From the NCBI GenBank assembly GCA_028023455.1, contig JAQFVV010000009.1, forward strand, positions 16,802,001 through 16,866,000: a DNA stretch of 64,000 nt. The letters run 5' to 3'. How positions within the stretch are numbered: the stretch's first letter is position 1; each line of letters opens with the position of its first letter. Under the pieces are notes generated by a model, which had not been told where the DNA came from, searched no databases, and worked only from the letters and a program-made list of their open reading frames with translations. Of the stretch, positions 51,329 to 64,000 are shown piece by piece. The stretch is from Epiperipatus broadwayi. Its lineage: Eukaryota > Animalia > Onychophora. The position numbers and the translations under genes were made by a program.

Positions 51329-54300
51329 GAAATATTCTTCTTATTTATCACAGATAGAGAAGTATGTGAACATTTTAATATATATTTTTATAGGTAAGAC
51401 ATTTGATAAATCAGCATAGCCTATGGAATTGCTATCATAGTGTTAGAAGATGATATTTACAGAAATATATTTGAGGTTTAGTTAGAATGAATAATATTTC
51501 AAGGAGTTACGTTTACGTTAGTTGAATCACTAACCTGAGAAAATATATTCATGATTTATTCGAAATTTTATTTAATACTAAGTAATTTTACACTTAATAA
51601 AGTATAACTTTTGTTATTACTTATATAGAAATGAATATAGCAGATAAACATCTTACCTATAAGTTATTGAACTTATTTAAATGTTACATGTAAAGGTTGG
51701 AAATAATAAATGTAATCATTCATATTCTAAATTATTAAATCATTATTATTACATTTTTTTGTTTTATTAATGTAAATAAAATTGAATTTATTTATTAATT
51801 AAACTTAGTCTTTGTATTTTTTTGAGATTATATCACTTATCACTTTTTTATTGAGTCACATATTAATTGTTATACATAGTATACATTTATCCTAAGATAT
51901 TTAAATAAACATTAAATTATTTGGAGACTGTTAAAGTGTACATATTCAGCCATAAAACTTCTTTGAAGAAAATAGTATTATATTTGGAAATAGTTAACAG
52001 TACAAAATTTTATTAGATTATTTAAGATACAGTAAGAAACATTATAGTTCTTAATGTATTTAATATTTCATGTTGTAAATTTATAGACAGAAGGAAAGAG
52101 AGCATAGTGATTAATGCATCTATCTTCCATGCTTATAAAATGTGATTCAAATCTTTGCTGAGTGAAACTTAGAAATTTTTAATTACAAGTTAACTTAAAT
52201 TTTTTTTCAGGAAATTAATTTATAATTAATTCAGTTGAAAATCTACTTATTGGTTGGTAAAACAAAACAAAACAAAAATAAATTATTATCTAGCAATTAG
52301 AAAATATAGTGGATTAATGATGTTTTTGTCCTTTTTAGAGGAGCATTTACTTGTTAGTATTTGGAGTCTCTTTTTTAATACATACATCAAATAGGCATAG
52401 TTTAATGTAAAAGAAAATTCAAATGGAAATAAATTAACTCCTCTAATAAATTTTAGATAAATTATTCTCATATATCAACAAACATTAAAAAAATAGAATG
52501 AATCTACCTATCCTTTTAAGTTTTTGATTGTCATAGAATTTCATTTGCTTAAAATGAATGGAAAATATATATTAATCCGATTGAAAAACAGCAAAATTAT
52601 TTCAAATTTACAATTATGCAAATAGAAACAGTCTCATTTTTAATAACTTCTATGGATAACTTTAATTAAATATCAGTTTATAAATGTAATACCAAATATA
52701 TATATATATATATATATGAAATTCAAGCAAAAAAGAACTAACTCCTCCATAAATGAAGGTTAAATAACATTCATATATCAATATATATATATATATATAT
52801 TGTGAGAGTACCATATGAGCCTCACCTAAAACAATTTGTGTTTCTTTGTGAATTTAACTGTGCCTATATCGAATCAACAGATATAAATAACTTACACCTA
52901 TCTTAAGCTTTTCATGTATCAGCTATATACATAAACTAGTTAGTATTAAAAGAATAATTCTAAAAATTAATTATTCTAATTTGTTTATACACACACATAA
53001 ATAAATGTTTCCAACTAATAGTATTTTTTATTAACCAAAACTTGACATTTGACAAAGCCTTAAGTCAACATTGCATTTTTATCAGTTGAAACAAAGGAAA
53101 TAAACGTTTGGGGTTCATTACAAATTGTATATTTTAAACAATAGAGCATGAGCATGATTATGTGATATCCTTGCTGAAATTAATCCAGTATAAAAATGAA
53201 CTAATATTGTTATAACAATAATCTTCTATTTAGTTATCAAGGCAAGAACTATGTCTGTAAATTTAAATGTGTTCGAATTTAGAACATATTTAAGAAAAAA
53301 AAAGAAGATTCAATATTTTAAAACCTGCTTCAAGTAATTAATTTACTGCCTTTTAATATTATAAAGAACTATAGAAAAATAATCAGTGAAATTAACAAGG
53401 TTATAAAAGTTATCAACGTCTTCGAAATGAGCTTTCAAAATATATATTTAAGAAGACAAACATTTATAAAGATGTTCTCTGGCTAGACAATTTATGCCAA
53501 GGATTTCTGCTGATGTTTTAAACCTGAACATGTAAATTTATTCCTACTTAATCAATGCCTAAAATATAATTGTTGTAATTCTCATTTAAAAAGCTGCCCT
53601 TAATATTGGAATATTGAAGAAGATGTTAAATATTTTACTACGCAAATATTTAAAGAATGAATATCTGGATTACCTCTTCGAAGGATGATCAATGAACTTT
53701 ATGTTTCAACATTCATCATTATTTTATTTCATCTGAGGAGGGATATAAAATTATTCTTTCTCATCTTGGATTACTTCATTGTGTATTTTAATAACCCTTA
53801 AACTTTATTTCCTTTGTGGATAATTATATTTACTTAGAAAAATTACTTCGTATATTAAAGTGGAGAACTGATAAAATGAACATTTTATTTTTTTTATTTA
53901 TTTAATAAAATTTAGATGTTGATATTTTGATATATACTCTGATGAAAATGACAGCTGACAAAGGTAAAAGTTTTAAATTATTTCAATCTGGAAGTAAGTT
54001 TTATTATATTCCAAATTGAATCTTACATGACAATTAACATAATTTCTTTTTAAACATACATAACTAATATCAGAATACATTCTATTATTAATCTAGTGTG
54101 AATGGATGTTATCTTATATAGGCATATAACACACACTAAATCATTTTAATGACAATAGGTAGATTTATAATGTATCATGTGTATTATTTATTATACACAT
54201 GATTTTAAATTATATATATGTAAATGATTACATTATATTTTTTTTTAATATTAAATAATTTATTAGTGTATATATATAAGCACAGATTATAATTCTAAAT

Positions 54301-54441
54301 TTTAATATTTTTATGTGATAATATTTTTGTTTTTATTATGGATTAAAATGTGTTAAATTTGATTTTAAAATTAAACAGGTCTCGTTTGTTTATTTTATTT
54401 AGTCGTTTTATAAAACCAATAATCATAAATATACATACTCA

Positions 54442-54476
<35 letters not shown>

Positions 54477-55001
54477 AATCAACTTAGTGATTTAATATTT
54501 ATAAAAAAGTTATATATAGCTTATACTAAATTTATTATTACTATGGGATATTTGTGGAAATGCCTGAAGAGAGTCGATTGCAATTTCTACTCTGAGCTCG
54601 AATTCCGAGAGTAACGAGGTTATTAATAGAGGAGTGGATTGGATTATATTTTAAATCACATCATCCATGGCATTCTATAAGAAGACTCAAAGTCCGAATA
54701 TAGCTAGATGCGACTTCCTCGAGTCGTGAAAAGGATCATCCCGTTATAATATACAATAAGTTAGGTTTGAAGTGAAGAAGATCCCTTTTACTTCAATAAA
54801 CTCCAACAAAAGAGCTATTATAATAATGAAGAAAACTGGTTTAGCCTCAGGTGAATTGCCAATTAGAAGTAATTGATAGTTTCCTGGCAACATCAAAAGG
54901 TAAAGTTATCTCTGTTCATATGCATATAATTTCTTTATTTCTATTCTTTATCAAACTAAAAATGCATAAAAAATATAAATTTGATGTGCATACATATATA
55001 T

Positions 55002-55188
55002 ATTAATGTAAAATAATATTCATACAAAGGTTGAATATAAAATTTTTAATAATATTATTGTACTGAGTATACTATCAATGTTTTCATGACACATTCATGG
55101 TCAGTCTGAAAATATCGAAAGCATACTTGGTATAATAATATTAAAAATTTTATATTCAAAATTTGTATGAGTATTATTTTACATTAAT
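55002..55188. repeat. Inverted repeat, ~57-bp arms (MITE/foldback)
   Basis: 55002-55059 vs 55132-55188 are near reverse complements. Confidence 0.8.
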
Positions 55189-55248
55189 ATCTAGAATGAC
55201 AGAGTATGAAAACATAATTATACACACACACACACACATATATATATA

Positions 55249-56537
55249 TGAATTCATTGTATTTCCAGGAGCTTCTTTATAATAAAAATATAATATCTAA
55301 ATAGCTGACATTTCAGTACAATAACAAGTAATTTTTTTTACATCTTCTTCTTTCTCAAATCATAAGAATGTGTATGATAAAATTTAAAATTATTTTTTTC
55401 TTTTGTTGTTTTATCCTCATTCCCAAATTCTATTGTTTTTTTATGGAGAACTTGAGAAAAAAATTGATATCAGTAGTTAAAATGCCATCTGTAAGGTTGC
55501 CATGTATTGATGATATCTTTGTTATTTCGTCTTATGGTAAGCATGTTCTTGATGAATTTTTAATTTTCTTAAATTCTTATCACAACATCAAATTTACTAT
55601 GGAAGTAGAAAAAATAATCAACTTCCATTCTTAGATGTTTTAATTGAAAGAAAACAGATCTGTTCTTTATCCCATGGTATACATAGAAAGTAAACAGACA
55701 CTAGGAGATATCTCCATTTCTCTTCTCATCACCATTCAGCACAATTATTTTCAGTGGCAAAGACATTTTTAGATAAAATTAAGGAACTTTCTGATGACAG
55801 CCATTTTCATCAAGATATATGTTACTAAAAATGCTTCTTCATAATGGTTTTGGACACAGGATTCTTAAATAAGGCTTTTTATATAATACGAAAAAAGATT
55901 TTGATACTTCAAAAATTACGATTGTTTTGCCATATATAAAGGGAGTAACTGATAAAATTGATAATATTTTTAAAAAAATAATATCTAGATAATTTATACT
56001 ACATTTAAAAAAATTAATGAACTATTTTTTTGCCATTAATATAATATCCCTTTGGAGTATCTATGAAATTCCATGTGGAGTTTGTTTACATTCACACATT
56101 GGGCAAACCAATTGTAAAATCAACATAAGAAAGGAAGAATAAATTTTGGCAATTAGAGAAAAATTTAATTTATCAGACATTTAGTCACACATTAATAAAA
56201 CACATATTCTGGAAAAAATGAACAATGTGACCAGAGATTGCTAAGGGAAGATATAGAGATTTTTAAAAGGCCTAAGAGCATAAATGAAAAATGTGAATTA
56301 AAGAAAATTAACAATATTTGGAAAAAGCTATTGGAAGATAAAATATTTTTTAAAATTTCTCAACTAATAGAATTTGAGAATGAGGAGAAAATAACAAAGG
56401 GAAAAAAATAACAATTTTAAACCTCACCACACACATTCTTATGATTTGGGAAAAAACTGAAGAAAGTACTTGTTATTGTACTGAAACATCAGCTATTTAT
56501 TTCATGTAAGCTCCTGGTAATAATACTATGAATTCAT
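55249..56537 (+). mobile_element. 5'-truncated Penelope element (RT C-terminus + GIY-YIG) with inverted 5' pseudo-LTR
   Basis: CIDDIFVI...FLNSYHNIKFTMEVEK, LDVLIERK, RYLHFSSHH, VLPYIKGV, YEIPCGVCLHSHIGQT; 55249-55372 is the reverse complement of ~56430-56537. Confidence 0.9.
56457..56497 (+). ncRNA. Decayed PLE pseudo-LTR hammerhead
   Basis: CUGAAGA AAGUAC UUGUUAUU GUACU GAAACAUC; the inverted copy has GAAAUGUC, giving an inferred ancestral GAAACGUC. Confidence 0.6.
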
Positions 56538-56716
56538 CATTTACCTGTGAGAATATTAGAATATATATATAATAAAATGAGTTATAAATTTTGTAACTTG
56601 CTTTTAAGCTTGCATTTAAATGATCACTAGATGGAGCTTACCAATAGCTCTAAACAAGCTTTATTTTTATGTGCCAAAAGAGAAAGAATTCAAAATCTCT
56701 ATTGTTACATCACTAC

Positions 56717-56760
56717 CTCCAGACCAATTGGTTTCGAGCTTATGGTTCACCTCAGTGAAA
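56717..56760 (-). ncRNA. Minimal type-I hammerhead, family C
   Basis: UUUCA CUGAGGU GAAC CAUAA GCUC GAAA CCAAUUGG UC UGGAG. Confidence 0.7.
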
Positions 56761-57137
56761 GGCCAGGACTCTAGAAACTAGATCTAAAATACTAACTCAA
56801 AAGTCAGCACTTATAAAACATGTTTCTATCAATTTAAAAGTCTGAACATTTCAGACATGTAAATGTCTTCAAATACAGCTTTGCAAAACAGATAGCTATA
56901 TGTGTCTAAATTCAGCTCAGTTTCACCATATAGTAATAGCCTCTGTAATAAAGCATCACAAAAGCCATCAAAGGTACACTTATAATAATTAATAAAACAA
57001 GTTATAAATTTCATAACTTGCTTTTAAGTTTGCATTTAAATGATCACTAGATAGAGCTTACCAATAGCTCTAAACAAGCTTTATTTTTATAAGTACTGAA
57101 AGTAAAGAATTCAAAATCTCTATTGTTAAGTCCCTAT

Positions 57138-57181
57138 CTCCAGACCAATTAGTTTCAAGCTTATGGCTCACTTCAGTGGAG
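57138..57181 (-). ncRNA. Minimal type-I hammerhead, family C
   Basis: CUCCA CUGAAGU GAGC CAUAA GCUU GAAA CUAAUUGG UC UGGAG. Confidence 0.72.
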
Positions 57182-57438
57182 GGCTGGGACTCTAGAAACT
57201 AGATCTAAAATACTAACTTAAAAGTCAGCACTTATAAAACATGTTTCTATCAATTTGAAAGTCTGAATTTTTCAGACATGTAAATGTCTTCAAATTCAGC
57301 TTTGCAAACCAGCTTTGTAAACCAGACATTTACGTGTCTGAAAAGTTCAGACTTTCAAATTGATAGAAATGTGTTTTATAAGTGCTAACTTTTGAGTTAG
57401 TATTTTAGATCATTTAATTTGTTTCTAGAGTCCCAGCC

Positions 57439-57482
57439 CTCCATTGAGGTGAGCCATAAGCTCAAAACCAATTGGTCTGGAG
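57439..57482 (+). ncRNA. Decayed hammerhead, family C
   Basis: CUCCA UUGAGGU GAGC CAUAA GCUC AAAA CCAAUUGG UC UGGAG. Confidence 0.65.
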
Positions 57483-57576
57483 ATAGCAACTTATCGATAG
57501 AGATTTTGAATTCTTTCTCTTTTGGCACTTATAAAAATAAAGCTTGTTTAGAGCTATTGGTAAGCTTCATCTAGTG

Positions 57577-57579
<3 letters not shown>

Positions 57580-57668
<89 letters not shown>
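57580..57668. repeat. (TA)n microsatellite
   Basis: Direct reading. Confidence 0.99.
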
Positions 57669-57669
<1 letters not shown>

Positions 57670-57702
57670 CATTACAAGCATAAAGCTAAACTAGTCAATA
57701 TA

Positions 57703-61241
<3,539 letters not shown>

Positions 61242-64000
61242 TGTATATATATATCATTATTGACCATTATCAATCCATATATATATATATATATTCTAAC
61301 CTCCCCCCGCGCGTTCTCTCACCCCAAAATTATTGTTTATTACGAATATTACGGGTTCTAGCTCAGTTAACAAATAAATAAATGAAATATTCAGCACTAA
61401 TTAAAATGATTACTAGCTCTAATTTTAAAATACAAATACGGTTCAATTTTAAAATGAATTAACAAATATTTACTATTTTCATGAGACATGGAGTGACAAT
61501 ACGGGGAACGAGATAGATTACATTGAGACATTATCCACACGATACTACCTCAATGGCATAAGAACACTATCCCCCTTTTTCACTATACCAAATAACTAAC
61601 TCATAGTATTCTTACGACTTTCTGAGCTCTATTCACTACGATTAAAATAATAATCATATCTTAATCTTCTTTATAACAAGAATCTAGCTCAATTAAATAA
61701 AATGAAGTAAAATAAAATAAAATCTCAGGTTCAGAAATTGTATTCTAACTAATTTAAAATTACGGTAGTAAAATATGAAAAGGGAATTTTATGTCATAAT
61801 CTACTACACAGCAACTAATAATAATAAAATAATAATAACAATAATAATATAATATAATCTTATTTCTTCCTAAATAAAATAAATAAATATGTATGTGGTA
61901 GTATTTTAATAATCTGACAACAGAATACGTGTGGCAACATTAGCATATAATTTAATGTAATATTGTGGCAACCGACTTATGACCAATAAATAATATAAAA
62001 TTATGATCTTTTAATTTTAACATACCAATAAATTCTCAAAATTATTATAACACTTTTATGTTTACCTTTTGTGCAAAATCTATATGTCTGTTTCAATTAT
62101 AAATGTATCGTGATTTCATGCATCCATGTGGAGAAATAACAACTCGGACACAAAAACTTTAGAACAAATTTAAAACAAAGTTTATTAATAACATAAATAA
62201 ATTAACAATATTTTTACACTATATACATTGGATATCCCTTACTCTCATATCTCAACTTAGTTTATTAATTTATAAAATGAAATCAAAATATTATTTACTT
62301 TTCCTAGTTAAATCTTATTTTTTAACACTTAAGAAAATACAGTATTATTACTTGATTTATTATTATGGTTAGCTTATTACAAAATGCATTTCTTATATGA
62401 TTATCACAAACACTTTTCATCCCTAATATTATTAAAATTACATTTTTTACAAAATTTACATTCGTAATAAAATTCTACAAAATAACAAAATTTAGTTTCA
62501 TATTGGTTGTATGGAATCTTACAAAGTCAAAACATTATTCTACATTCTGTATTAGTTTTTTATTGTTCATTATCCGATGTTTATTAATCCTAATATTCTC
62601 ATTCAAGCCTTACTTCGGATGATATAATTATAACTATTAATATACCATGCACAAGTATATGTTTACTATACCTTATTGAACTATTTTCTCAATAAATATG
62701 CAATACTTATTTTCTAAATATTATTTTAAAAAAAAATTCATTCAAATTTTATTATCACTTTTAAAATACTTGGTTTAGATTTCTTTTCAAAATCTTATAT
62801 TCATTTCTGAATTAATTTTACAATGTATTATATGATTCTTTCTCTCTTTATGATATTTTGGACTTTCAATTTTAAAGTTACACAATTCTATACATTCCAG
62901 CAAATAAACTATTCTTACATAAACGATAACATATCTTCAGTTCTATTTTATTCATTATTTCTTTGAAAATATCTTTCTGACCGATGCAGATTCATGAAAT
63001 AAGGATAGCGAAGATAGATGCATAGGATCAAAATACAACTAGAATATTACTCGTCATATACCTTGACAATCATGGCACAGTGAATTAAAAGACACTATAG
63101 AGGAGTGACCTTTACCTGTCTACCAACCTCTATTATAGGAACGATGTTAAAGCTATTTCTTCAGCTTTATTCTTACATCAAAAGTTTAAAGATATGCAAA
63201 AACACTGTCCAAACTATATGTGTTCAGTCATAGGGCTTAGTTAACTATACTGAAATCACACAAAACTAAATATGATCCAAATCCTTTATTTTTCCTATTT
63301 CTTAAAAAAAAAAACAAAAAAAAAAAACATCATCTTGGTTTCCTCTCCACTAGTACTTCCAAGTCACTATCCGATCTTATTTCTCAAGATTTTTTTTATA
63401 CTGTACATCGACAAATACATATCTGCATTACTAACAATAATAAAATTCATTTATTTTAAAACTATTCCACTATTCTATAAGACAGCTTGCTTACTACTTT
63501 ACTCCATATATTTAATCATATACAAACTATTTAAATATCTGAATACTTTATCACATGAAAGTTCAAAAGAATCACACAATTGTTCTGTTAAATTATATTA
63601 TTAATATACTTTAATGTAAATTATTGCATGCATATTCCGAATTACTCCTATCTCATTATATGTTAAAAATGTTGTATAAAATGTGTACATATAATTTAAA
63701 CTTTCACACTTCATTCTTAGGTCAATAGATGATCTAAAAAAATACATTATGCATTATAAATAACTATTAAAATTACCAAACGACCTTTATCTCCTCGATC
63801 GCATTCCGTAGGCTTCACCATCCATTTGATCCTTGTAGATATAAGATTCACATCCATACACTTTATTTTAAACACTATTTCTATAATTTTATCAAGCTAT
63901 TATATTTAATTTTTAATATTACTAAATTTATGTTTATATGTTTTCCCTAATCTCACATAACATTTTATATTCTAAAATAAATTAGTAAAAATATTTAAAC

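Larger units (their letters stand above)
56570..57580. mobile_element. Family C HHR insertion: tandem units (~421-nt period) + inverted arm, in a (TA)n tract
   Basis: 56570-56990 repeats at 56990-57310; 57325-57580 is the reverse complement; (TA)n on both sides. Confidence 0.88.

Noticed and set aside
54564-54600. ctgaagagagt...actc, hammerhead-like
   Set aside because: No GAAA after the putative stem II.
63780-63845. Minus-strand YGCES... segment (RTE-like or exon)
   Set aside because: Too short to classify.

Overview
Very AT-rich, CpG-depleted eukaryotic (probably invertebrate animal) DNA. It is mostly decayed transposons and microsatellites, and I can support no intact protein-coding gene. 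Recognisable elements: two L1/Tx1-like LINEs, an RTE-clade LINE, a further APE-RT LINE, several Penelope-like element (PLE) remnants, Gypsy gag remnants, Tigger/pogo and Merlin transposase fragments, a young hAT MITE with an 8-bp TSD, and long (TTC)n, (TTA)n, (GATA)n and (TA)n tracts. The main signal is at least five families of short non-coding repeats carrying minimal type-I hammerhead ribozyme (HHR) motifs, each family with a different palindromic helix III. Several sit as single insertions with tandem ~420-470 nt units, an inverted arm and 12-15 bp target-site duplications, as expected for PLE pseudo-LTRs or non-LTR retrozymes. HHRs in PLE pseudo-LTRs and metazoan retrozymes are known classes; these families, their core variants and their palindrome diversity may be undescribed (not checkable here). 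CpG density rises visibly to the right of ~38 kb, suggesting a methylated gene body/intron on the left and a possible promoter near 38 kb. All motif calls are by eye, without database searches.
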